Source: Guillardia theta CCMP2712 (lineage: Eukaryota; Protista; Cryptophyta). From it: 64,000 nt of DNA. Below the pieces are notes generated by a model. That model had not been told where the DNA came from. It saw nothing but the letters and a program-made list of their open reading frames with translations, and made no database searches. The translations under genes and the position numbers were made by a program. Positions 36,315 to 48,068 of the stretch are shown one piece after another (the stretch's first letter is position 1; every line of letters begins with the position of its first letter). The stretch covers positions 94,032-158,031 of the forward strand of contig NW_005434583.1 in assembly GCF_000315625.1 (NCBI RefSeq), given 5' to 3'.

Positions 36315-39300
36315 TCATCCTTCTATATCATGGATCAGATCCGTTGTCTCCTCTTCTGCTTCCTGCCTTGTATGCTCCTCCTGCCATACGCACATCCCGT
36401 CAGTCGCACGCCTCTCCTCCCCTCGCCTCTCCCTGACCTTTGCTTCTTCCTCCGTCAGCTTTTGCACCCTCAACACCAACCGAGTGTCTCGAAGCTTCTT
36501 GAAGAGCCTCTGGTTCTGTAGCGGCAGCGTCAGCTCCTGCGGCTCGCCTTCCGGGAGCTGCTGCAGGTCTACTTGTACAGACCCAACCAGATCGTCGCTC
36601 GTCACCTGAGCACAAGCATCCGTCAGACCTCTCTGCGACCTCCACCAGCCTCCCGACGGCACTCACATCATCCTTGTCCCACAAGGTGACGCTCAGAACC
36701 TTGGTCTGACTCGTCATCCTCCACTCGAAGTCTTGCTTCCACACCGGGTTGACGTTCTTGTTGATCACCTCCGACGCAAAGGTAGACAGCCCCGAGCACG
36801 CGTTGACGAACAACACGCAGTACGCGTCACAGCCCGAGAGCAGGTCCATCCGCGGCAGGTTCCTCGCTTCTACCAGCTGCACCCTCAGCACTCCCGCAGC
36901 CTTCGATGCTGGCGACGTGTAGACTACCTCCGCCTGCTCCTCGCTCTCGACGATGGCAGCCGGCACGAGCTCCTTGCCCATCCTCGTCATGAGGTCTGAC
37001 ATGCGCTTTTGGCTGTTGAGAATCTTGAGCTGACTGATCTGCATCGCGATCTGTCGTCTCACGCCCTCCATGTCATAAAGCTCCATCAGCTCGTTCTTCC
37101 TCCTGTCCGCGATCTCCGATGGCTCCGTGCCATAGCGGCTCATCAGGTCGGCGGACGCGACTATCTCGTCTTCACACAGCGTGTAGTCCTCAGCATCGTC
37201 CCCATCCGCCTCATGGTCTGGATGTACCTTGTCCGACCCCTTGGCGAAGGCTCGTCGAGCAAGAGCAGCAAGCTCGTAGGTATCAACAGACACGCCACCG
37301 GGAAGCAGAATCATCTTTTCTTCCTCCAGGTCGCGCTCGATGCTGCGACGTTGGCTCTCTTTCGACGTCAGAGTCTCTCGCTCTCTTATCAGAGCTTGCT
37401 CTAGCATCTGGTTCGACACGAACTGCTGCGTTCTCAGCACCTGCCTCAGTCCATGCCAGACAGTCTCCAGCAAGTCCTCCACCAGCCCGGTCGTCCCCTC
37501 AGTCTCTTCCTTGACCTTGGCGTACGAGTCCACTAAGATGGCGAGAAACACGTTGAGCAGGATGAAGAACGCGATGAATAGATACGACCACAGGAAGATG
37601 TGAAACGCTCCGTCCGGAGCCGCGTGCGACATCTGTCATCACACCAGTCAGCTTGCCCTCTACCTAGACCGCTGGGCTTGCTCGCACTCACCGATGCGTA
37701 GAACTGAGTCGTGTCGAGACTGAGCAGGAAGATCAACAGCGTCAGGCATGCGGTCGACATGTCCCTCATCCCCTGTCGTGCCATAGCAGGTCAGCTCCTC
37801 CTACACGCCCTCACTCTTCTACTCGCCTCGTACTGATGACCGAACAGCATGTGTCCCACCACGGAGTAGCCGTAGAACACCAGGAGGAATAACAACATGA
37901 AGTGCCAGAGGTCGCTCGACGCGCGTGCGATGGTCCGGGTGACAAGGCCCATGCGCTCTTGGAAGTCAAGCGACTTGAGCATGCGCAGCACGAACAGAAC
38001 GACGCTGACTCCAGCGAAGAAAGAGTAGAGGCTCATCGACCCCGAGATGGTTCTTGCTTGCTCCAGCAGCATCAGCAAGTTCAGCTCAGCTTGGTTGTCG
38101 GTACGGAAATGCCTCGCCTGTGCGTTGCCTGATTTGATCATAGGAACCTCGAAGTCTGCTCCCGGCTGGACGATTGTGACGCCTTTCCGTCGGGCAGCGG
38201 ACCCGTAGTCGGGCCCGTAGAAGAGGACGGGGTAGTTGGCTTTCATCTCGAACCGCCGACAGTCCTGGTAGTGAAGCAGGCAGGTGATGATTGTTCCCCA
38301 CATGAAGGCGAAGTGCGTCCAGTCGATCCAGTTGAAGGGATGCGACAGGTACCCGCTCAGATTGTACTTGCGGATCTCACCCAGCAGCTCGCTGACTTCC
38401 ATGTAGCTGTTGATCAGAAGAAAGACTATGATGAGTACGAAGAGGAAAATCTGCAACCCTGCTTTCGGCCCGGCAAAGAAGTCGACAGAGAAGGAGTTGA
38501 CCTGGTAGTCCCATGGTATCCTGCCTGTCTGCTGCCAGTTGAAGATCAACTCATGCAGAGCAAAGATGTTCTTAGGGGCGTTGTAGGTGAGGAACTGTAC
38601 TCGCACTTCTTCTGTCTTCGAATTGATGTAGGAGCCGTCTTCCGCGAACTGAATCATGGTCTGCGCCAGCATCTGCGTGAGACGCTCGTCGAAGTAGAGC
38701 TTGAAGGTGTCTCCCTCTGACGGCATGATGTACTTGGGATCCTTGTAGGCTTGCTCGAAGCCTGTGATGTTGATCGAGGCCTCTGCCTCAGAGATGAAGC
38801 CATCCTTGTTCCGATCGAAGAAGTTGGTGTCGTACTTCTGCGGAAAGAAGCCGATCGGGAAGGACAGCTCCGTCACTCCACCGGAGCTGATCACGTGCCT
38901 CTCAAGCGGGGCGTAAAATTTCTCTGAAGCAAGCTTCGGGTTGTACATGCTGCTGAAGGTCATGAAAGAAGGATCGTAGCCGTACGGAGTGTCGTCAAGA
39001 GTCGTGGACGGACAGCTCACGATGCTCTTCACCGACTCCATGTAGAGTTGGACGTGCTTGTTCACGCTCTGAGCGCAGTCAGCAGGCTTCATCCTCTTCT
39101 GCGAGATCACGATGGCCCCGATGATCCTGTTGTAGGGAGTGATCTCGCGGTTCTTGGGCTCGAACGGCGGGACGATCTTGGGCGGACCCTCACTCGCATC
39201 CCGATACTCCCACACGCTGAAACGATAGTCGCTCGCGCACGTGGAGCTTGACGTCAGCTTCGCTGTGTCCGCGCACGCGGGGAACTGCCCCGAGGTCGGA

Positions 39301-42262
39301 CACGTGATGGTCGGACACCTGAGATCGATCGCGTCGCTCGCGTCAACCTTGCAGAAGCTGCAGAGGTCACATGTCCCTAACCCTCCCGTGCTCGACGAGC
39401 CCTGCTGGGAGCAGAAAAGTCCTGTATCGCAATCATAATGCGACTCGCAGGCCTGACCTGTCACACGAGCTGTCAGCGACTGACAAGACGGACGAGGCGT
39501 CGGGCCCCTCACCTCTCGTGCTCTTGGTGAAGATCGAGCTCGTGCTGATCGACATCTCTTGCGACGCCGTCAAGAGCGGACAAGCCCGCGTCAGCGCCTC
39601 CTGCATCTCCTTACGATGATCCAGCAGCACGTTGATGATGGTCGCCGCTTGGACGTTGGAGGTTGCCAAGACTTCGCCTGACACGTCTGCAGTCTCCGAG
39701 AGCCTAGAGACGTTGACGCTGATCTGCTGAGGGAGCACCTGAGAAGCGTTGAGCCTGCTCTCAACGATCTTCTGCCACTCGTCGAGCGCAGAATAGTTTC
39801 CACACAAGGAGATGTTGATATCTTGCACTGACGAGCCGTTCACGAGGACAGGTGCGACGTTGACTGCAAAATAAAAGCTTACACGAGGTGGGTTCACAAA
39901 GGTTTTCCAGTAGTACGAGCTCGTGCTTGGCATAGTGACTTCTGGGAATTTAAGGCAAGCGACGACATTGATGGTCCAGTAGCCAGGTGATTTTAAGTCT
40001 TTGTTGTACAGCACAAGCTTGGAGCCATTCTTGACGGTGTTTGGGCAAGAGGCCTCGTCTTCCCAGTTGGTGCAGTCACAAGTAGGGTTGGTATCGCCAT
40101 ATGGTGAGAGGGCATACCGCAGGTAGGTAAACTCTGAGAAGGTAACCACCTCGACTTGGGCAAAAGTAACAGCGTCGTAGTAATCTTGGATGGGACTGAC
40201 CCAGTACTCCTTGACTGCTCTGACAATCGGGGGGGTTGGGTTGGTAGGGCAGACGGCTCCGGTCCCCCACGTCGCACAGAAGCCTCTCCATTCAAACAAA
40301 TCATCCGATGTGAACTCAACCTTCATGATGCCCGTTGGTGATGTCACTTGCTGATCAATGTCGTACAGATAGCCTGTCAACTCTGCTAGCAACTGCTTGT
40401 CAAAGCAATCCAGACTGGAACAAGAGTACAGAGTCACATAATCCCAGCCATCCTCGACCTCAAACAGCTGGAAGGTCAGGGTCACGTTGGTGGCTCCTTG
40501 CGGGGCTATGATCCAGTAGCAGTCTGATAAACTTGAATATGTTGAGTATCCCGATGTTACGTAACCACTTGTGTCATCGATTGTTTGACCCGTGTGAGGA
40601 CAGTTTGAGACAGTTCTCAACGAAGCCTTCTCGTGTGCTTGCTGATCACGTTCTTTCCCCTTGCTCCTTGCACGTTCATCGACCTCCTCGACTGTGTTCC
40701 TATCCATCGAGCGATGCTTTGAAGCCGTCGAGTCCTTGGGTGGGGAGAATCTGATGGAAGATCCTCCAACAACCTTCTTTGCCTCCTCCCCTTCTTTTTT
40801 CCTGACCGTTCGAGATCTTCTCCGCGCTCTCGATGAAACATCGCAGCTGGATCCCGACTCAATGATCTTCGCCTTGTTCGCTGCCGCGTACGGACTCCCG
40901 CTCATGTTGGGAAGGATGCTGCAGTACCCGACCTGTACAACCCTTACAAGCACGCCAAACAGCGGCAAGCTTACCTCCACTATGGTCTCCAACACACCCG
41001 TCACCGAGTCCTTGAGCTCGATCTTGCCGCTCAGCCCGTACTTGGAGGTCATCAGGTAGCCGACATCTTTCATCCAGATCTCAGTCAGAACCCTCACCGT
41101 CACGCCATGCCTCTTGCTACCTTCGGGGTTGAAATTGTCGCAGAAAGTACGCATCGCGTCTGTGGGGGATCGACACATGGTTTTCAAGGCGTTCTCATTA
41201 AAGACTGCGTTCTTGAAAATTTCTCTATGGTTCCCATATTCCATGGCCGACTTCCGTTTTGAGAGAGTCGAGAAAGAGCTGCGAGCCAAGCTCAGCTCAT
41301 CTATTCTTGTACAACCTTCACTTACCTTGATGTCACTCTGAACAATGACGGCACCGCTTGATTCTCCACCGCTTGCTCTAAAGACGAGACCTGGTATAGC
41401 ACCAACGTAAGCTCTCCGTCGGGAACTTCGAACGTCAGCTGGGTTGCGTTTGTGTCGGTCTCGAAAAGAAAGTCTCCCATCGTATCGCTGTAAATGTTGT
41501 AGTAATATCGCGCCCTTGACGGATCGCTGTCCAGCGCAGAGTCTTTGAGAGGGAAGCCGAGCTCTGACGAGCTTTGCTGGATGATGTCTGCCAGTGTGAT
41601 AGTGAGCGTGGTGACGTTCTTGTACTTGCCGCAGTCCTTGATGCATCCGAACCGCCCGAAGCCCGGGTACTCGTCGGGTGTATCACAATTCCCATCTCCA
41701 CATACAGGATCGCTGAACACCACCTGAGCTATTCCCCGGAACCTGCCGATCACAGTCAACGTCGACGATGATACTCATAGTACGATCCCTACCAGGAGTA
41801 GAAGTCTGCAGACGTGCCGAGAAAGCCCGTCGAGCCCAGTCCTGAGTTCATGTAGCCTCCGTTGCCAAGCTGAGGAAGATTACTGAGAACAAGGTCGATG
41901 ACAGAGCTCTCGACGTAGTAGGAAGATGTGATGTCTCGCTGCATGAAGAGAAACGAGACGTACACGATGAAGAAGATGGACGTCCCAAACAGCCTCACAT
42001 ACGACGAGGAGCGTGACAGCTTCTCCCGCACTTTCTCTAGGAGGCCGTCGATCTGTATCTCTCGGCGAACCACAGGATCGGTTCTACTCCTCAGGCCGAA
42101 GAGCTTCTGTATCTCGGTATCTCGGAGGACTCCTTCTACCTCGTGGATATCGTCGACCAGGTTGTCGATCGGATCGCTTATCAGATACTCTATCTCCTCG
42201 TCGGTCTTCTTCACCTTCTTCTTCCGGTTCCTCAGTACCGAAGCAACAGCGGCTCCCTGCAT
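36315..42262 (-). CDS. Polycystin-2 (PKD2/TRPP)-like cation channel with a large extracellular insert (CUB, Cys-rich) and cytosolic C2 domain
   Basis: TM1 FGTSIFFIVYVSFLF; CGDGNCDTPDEYPGFGRFGCIKDC; CUB (CYWIIAP..VTLTFQLFEVEDGWDYV); FLTYNAP; FNWIDW; LKSLDFQERMGLVTRTI; LFGHQY; ILLNVFLAILVDSYAKVK; C2 domain VLRVQLVEARNLPRMDLLSGCDAY...LWDKD. Start approximate. Confidence 0.88.
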
Positions 42263-42835
42263 CTTAGAGGATCTCTTGCCTTGGCAGAGCTGGACCTCAG
42301 GGGATCACACAAGTGAGATTAGCAGGAGGCTTGTTCAGCTTGTCGATGTACAACAGTTGTCGGCTGTTCCTTCCATCAGCTGATGTCTGCGTTGCGCTCC
42401 TTCAGCATATCGGTTTGATTCGAGGGTAGGGTTGTAACTCGGCACCGTCAGGACGCATCGAGGGGTGGTGGGTGGTACCAAAATGGAACTTTGGGGGGGT
42501 ACTGCTGTGTGGTAAAAGGAGTAAACAAAGAGTCAAATCAGCTTTTGGGGTGGGGGTGGGTGGGGTACTTACCGAATGTTGACACTTTTTAGTAAAGTTA
42601 TTATATATTTACACCCTCGTTACTTAACTTTGAGTAAACTTCGGGCCGGGAGCTGAGTAGTATTACTACTGCTCGTACTGATTTTTAAACCGTACCTTTG
42701 AGTATGTACTACTGCCGCGTTCATTTTGAGGAGCCTGGCGGCGGAACTGATTTTTAACGGTTACGGCGGCTTGAAACCGCCGTGAGTCAACTTGACCGAT
42801 TTAGCTTTCAAGAGAACCGTGACCAAGAGACAGAA

Positions 42836-43800
42836 ATGGCATGGCTCGTTGTGACGAGCAGCGAGACAGAGCTGCGCTCGGCCCTGAGCGACAGGCTTAG
42901 AACTAAGATTGAGCAACAACACAGGATAATTTTCTTAATGTACGATGTTTGTGGAAGTTCATTTGATATCATTGATTCTGTGTTGTATCACATTAGTTGA
43001 AGTGGAAAATGGCAGTTTATCCTTTGTCGTTAGGTATGAAGCAAAAAGCACTACAAGTATTCAAGGCCGAAAGATAATCAGATAGGCCAAGAAAATCGGA
43101 AACTCATTGAAGGTTGACTCGGTTTTGCTTTGCAGCATTGTTACATGGAGCACTCGCGATCTGTTCAGAATCACTAGCATCGACGCCACAAGCATCATTC
43201 CGCTGCAAGATCGCCATGTTTGAGCTTCTCTGCCACACGCAAGACCATTTTTCACAACTGACTGGCACACTGTCATTTGGAGCCACCCAAATCAACAAGA
43301 TCAATGTCGGAGAGAACTGGGTCCGTGAGAACGAATGCGGATGCTTCGCAAGCCCCATGAGCGATGCTGGGGACAATCAGGTCTATCTCAGATGTTTCAT
43401 TGTACCCCAAAACTCCTGACATCACAACTTTTCTACTTGACAGGGTATGTTCAATAGGTATGCGTCAATCAGGTAATTCTACTCCTTTTTGCACACAACC
43501 CGTATCTCATGCGCTTATCATTAGTGCAAATTGGGTGGACACGACAAGGTTCGATGACATCCGGGGCCCCGCCCCTCCCATCAACGGAAAATCGGTGACC
43601 TGAACATGAAGATTGCCCTAGAGTGAAACCTTTCCTCACACCGTGAGCAGATAGCAGGGACCGTGGAGGATATGACTTTGGGATACTCATTCAACGCCAA
43701 TACCGACTTCGATGCTGATGCAGCAGCAGCAGCAGCAGCAGGCATGGGACATCCCCATATTGGTGTCACAGCACCATCAGTTCTTTACATGATGAAGTAG
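42836..43800 (+). CDS. Possible multi-exon hypothetical gene
   Basis: Short coding-like segments with GT/AG boundaries ending ...GHPHIGVTAPSVLYMMK* (TAG 43798-43800). The full model could not be resolved. Confidence 0.3.
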
Positions 43801-43896
43801 GAGGAATTAAAGGAGCCAGCTTTGAAGTGACATTGCCGTCCTACCTCAGGACGTGAATGAGCGTAAATTCAAGTACCGCGTACAACATTTCAATCA

Positions 43897-44736
43897 TCAG
43901 AACCCAGCCGAATGAGAGCTTTGGAACAAAAACTTGGTGAGATCTTCTCCCAGCTTAGCATCCTGGCAGAACATGAGCTTGAGATTGAAAAAGCATTCCA
44001 TGCTATCACCTGCCCTTGTTTCGCCCCCGAGGGCCTGGCGGCCAACCTACACATTCACAAGTCACTAACAACAGCCTACTTCGGATTCAAACAACATTGT
44101 CACTGGAGCCTTCACGGCTGCGTTCTCAACCCCCATGGACTTGGCCCACTGGCTTTCAGCTGACGAGACAAGGCCATTCTTCTGAAGAAAGTTTCCAAGA
44201 ACCGGGCATGGTCCACCACGGCCGCATGCGAGCTTCTTTGGAATGTTCTGATGAAGCATCTGTACACGCGACTTCTCCTTACCAGTCATGAGGGAGTTTG
44301 CCCACTCATTCTCCTTCTGAGACATGAGGTGATGTTTTACATAGAACCCGCGAGCTTGCTTTCCGTAGTCGTTATACTCCTGAGAAAGCGCCTGGCTCTG
44401 AGCGGAGTGCATGTTGTGCTTTGCTCCGCCAACGAAGAGATTTTTCTTGAACCCATACTTCTTAGGGAATTGGACAAGATCGTGGTATGGAGTTGGCTTC
44501 CATGCTCCTTGCTTCTTCAGCATGCTTGCTTGCTTCATGACATGTCGGATTTTCCTGGTGTCTTCCTTGTTGAGCTGATGTCCAGAATGTCCCTTTGCAA
44601 ACTTCCTCGTCGTTGCTGCAGACGGCTGATACTTCTGAACGAGTTCGTCTCGTCCATTCATCGTGGTCATCGTCAGCAGCATTGCCGCCATCACCGTCAG
44701 ACCCGCCAAGGCTGCCACCGTCGTCGCAGTCTTCAT
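43897..44736 (-). CDS. Hypothetical secreted or type II membrane protein
   Basis: 223-aa ORF with a hydrophobic N-terminus (MKTATTVAALAGLTVMAAMLL...RDEL) and a K-rich body. One 3' intron leads to ...SSHSAGF*. Confidence 0.65.
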
Positions 44737-45153
44737 AATGCGGTCTGTCTCTTCGATCCGATAACTTCTACCCCCTCAGTATACCCCCCGTTATAATTAC
44801 TACCCCCTCATACATCACCCCTACCCTCCAATTGCAATGTTTTCAAGAACAACAGAGATCTTATAGATATTTAACTAATGGTATTACTATACGAATATCA
44901 ATGTATGTAACTTACAATTTTTCCTCATTACCCCCTACCCACAAATTTTCTTTACAACCCCTGAGAAGAAAGCCCTACCGGGTGAAAATCAACTGTACCA
45001 GGAGATCTTTGCTCAATTTCGGTACCCCCATTTTTTCGCATGGACCCACCACCGGTGTGGCAGCTACCACCATTCCACTTGAACACCATGGCTGTTTGCA
45101 GATGCACACTAGTAGTAGTAGACTTGGCCACCGCACCAAATGGTGAGGCAAAA

Positions 45154-45267
45154 AACATGTCGCTATGACTTATGTAATCGTGAGTCTACTATGATGCAAG
45201 GAAAGCGATTAACATGTCGCTATGACTTATGTAATCGTGAGTCTATTATGATGCAAGGAAAGCGATT
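45154..45267. repeat. 57-bp tandem duplication (2 copies, 1 mismatch)
   Basis: aacatgtcgctatgacttatgtaatcgtgagtcta(c/t)tatgatgcaaggaaagcgatt at 45154 and 45211. Confidence 0.95.
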
Positions 45268-45502
45268 GATCAGGGATGCAAACAAACAGTGCAGTGAACC
45301 AAGCGTCAGTCACGGACAATGATGAGATTTTTGTTGAGTTTATTAGATTTTGGTTATCTGCTCTAGATTACAATTAAAAGCAGCCCAAGTTTTCATGTCT
45401 TGGGAGAAATAGTTCTTAGATAAAAACACTTTCTTCTGTTGCCTTCTATAGTGCAAGCAACAAGCCACCTTGAAATGATAGTGCTCGCAAGAGAAACTGC
45501 GC

Positions 45503-46300
45503 TTACTTGGGGACCTTTCCTGCCTTCCATTGCTCCTGCTTGGCGGCAGGCAAAGCCTTCCACATGGCTCCAAGCTCCTTGGCGACCTCGGTGATGGAGT
45601 GGTTGGGATGCTGCTTGGTAACAGAGGCCCTCATGTGCTTGCTGAACAGCACTGCAACACAGTTAAGCTCAACTTCCCTAACAGAAATCACTCACTGTAT
45701 CCAGTCAAAGGCTTCTTGGGCTTGTCCTGCGCAGTATCTCTCAGCTAGTGCTGTAAACGAAGCGTTGGGGCTTACGGATTTCGATCCCTTGGCAGCCTTA
45801 GCCTTGGGGGCCTTCTTGATGGTGCTCTTGGTCTTCTTGGTGGCGGTCTTCTTGGCCCTTGGCTTGGGAGCGGAGGAGGAGATGGTGAACTTCTCGACAG
45901 GCTTGGTCTGGCGCTTTTCCCTGCCCTCGGCACCTCCACGAAGGCGAAGAACCAGATGCAGAGTGCTCTCCTTCTGGATGTTGTAGTCTGCAGGGGAAGC
46001 GGATGAGATGTTTTGAGAGACGAGGAAATAGCCTTACCAGCAAGAGTACGTCCATCTTCAAGCTGCTTCCCAGCAAAGATAAGGCGCTGCTGGTCTGGGG
46101 GAATTCCCTCCTTGTCCTGGATCTTGCTCTTCACCATGTCAATGGTGTCGGAGCTCTCCACTTCCAAGGTGATGGTCTTGCCGGTAAGGGTCTTTACGAA
46201 GATCTGCAACATGATTGAGACATCTGGAAGAAGGGATGTATTTGGACTAGCGAGCCAGCACACACATGCATCATGAATCTACGAGAGCAGATACATTCAT
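45503..46300 (-). CDS. Ubiquitin fused to a Lys/Ala-rich linker and an HMG-box
   Basis: [25 protein letters not shown]...[10 protein letters not shown], then AEGREK...[14 protein letters not shown], then [43 protein letters not shown]. Start is either the micro-exon ATG AAT at 46300 or ATG 46212. Confidence 0.9.
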
Positions 46301-48068
46301 CTTGAGCATTTTCAAATCACTTCGCCGTTAGCGGTGCGATTATACACTTCAACTCTTCATCGGGGGTCCATTGGGCACAGAAAAACGATGACATGTTGCA
46401 GAAACCCTTCAAAGCGATCGCATTCTAGACACGAGAGATGATGGAGAGGATGGAGAAAGAGAACAAAAGGAGAACAAGTACTGCGAAACACCTGCATGGC
46501 CTGTCGCTTCTGCTGCTGTGGGCGGGAAGGCAGAGAATTCAAATTGGGAGGGGAGAACTCTAGAATTGAAGGGTGGGGGTGATAATAAATGGGGTAGGGG
46601 TAGTAAGTTTGAAAATATAAGTCGAACGATGGGTCCTGAGTGGTACTTGAGATTCAGATGAAGAGGGGTGGAGGGTGGTTGAATGTGGGTACCTAAAGTA
46701 AAGAAAGTGCAAAGACGGGTGGGGGTGAAAAAGTTATGGGTGGGGGTGATGTGGAATGATTGGGGGTAGCGATGTAGATTGTACGGTTACGCCCGTCGGG
46801 GAAACTGAGGGTAGTGGGACGGTTTAGCAATGAAGGGGTGGGTCATCTATGAACCGAGCGGTTTTTGCAGCTGCAGGGGGGTAGAAAAAAGTCGAAAAGA
46901 AGGGGGTAGGAATCCCTAAGGATTGTAGGTGGTCCTGACGCGCATTCCAAAACGAGGGTGGTATGAGGACACGGGGGTGTGAGATCTGAGGAGGGGGTGG
47001 GGGGTGGTCAGTCAGGGGTGCAGGGCCGGTGGAGTTGTGTTTTGCTCGGGGAGTTGTGTTCGGTTTAAAACATTTATTAGTTTGAGAGAAACGTTCAAAA
47101 AGCTTGGTGTTCTTTGAAAAATACCAGGCCAAATACAGCGAAATCAAATTTGTTAAGTAATTTTCAAATTTTATGTTAATGACATGAGTCACATCGACTG
47201 GCCCGGGAGTCACGAGTCCGGCACTGAGGCCGGCACACTGGGACTCCGGGCTCGGAGACCGGCCGGAGCGGTTCAACGGTTGAAGTATTCTTTACTCAAA
47301 GTTAAGTTAAAAATCAGTACGTATAGCATACTATGATGCCACGGTATGATAACTCAGCCTCGTGCCGCTGTGCCGCCCGCCGGACCGCTGGGGCCCAGTG
47401 AAGAACTTCGGCGCGGCCCTCAGCGGAACCTTGCCAGTCACGGTCAGGGTGTCACGGTCCGACCGTGACGGAGCACTGGCAAGTTTGTTAGACTTGTACC
47501 GGGACCGTGTGCCAAAGTCACGCACTGCACTGCAGATATCACATTGACCTTAGTTGTAACAGTGAGGGCCGAGAGGACCTGCTACTAGGCTAGTACGTGC
47601 TGACGGTGGCCGCCTCGAAACGTGTAAGAGTCGTGGTTTACAGGAGAGTTTTGTTAACTCGCCGAGTAGGGCTATCTGACTGGCACCGTCCGACCGTCAC
47701 GCCTGTTATGTGATCCATCCGCCGTGACTGAGTGCGACACCCGGCGGCCCGGCCGGGCACCGTGCCGCGTGATCGGACGGTGCCACCGCCGTGACCCGTG
47801 ACACGGTCTGATCTCAAGTGAAGGTCCGATCACTGACATGATCACGTGGACAGCAGTCGGCAGGATGAGGTTGTCTTTTCTCTTCTCGCCGGTATGGCGG
47901 CCTGCCAGTGTGCGAAAATGGTTGCTAAATATACGGTCACGAGTGAAGGTATTGGTTAAGTTGGGTTTGGTCCTAGCACTGACTCACGATTAGGCTATCA
48001 GTCCGAGGCTTCCCGAGTTCAACTTTCGGATGTATTCACAATCTTGCACAACTTGAACTACGCTCCTC

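Noticed and set aside
45154-45330. Possible C/D snoRNA around the 57-bp duplication (ATGATG words)
   Set aside because: No convincing box D, terminal stem or rRNA-complementary guide could be identified.
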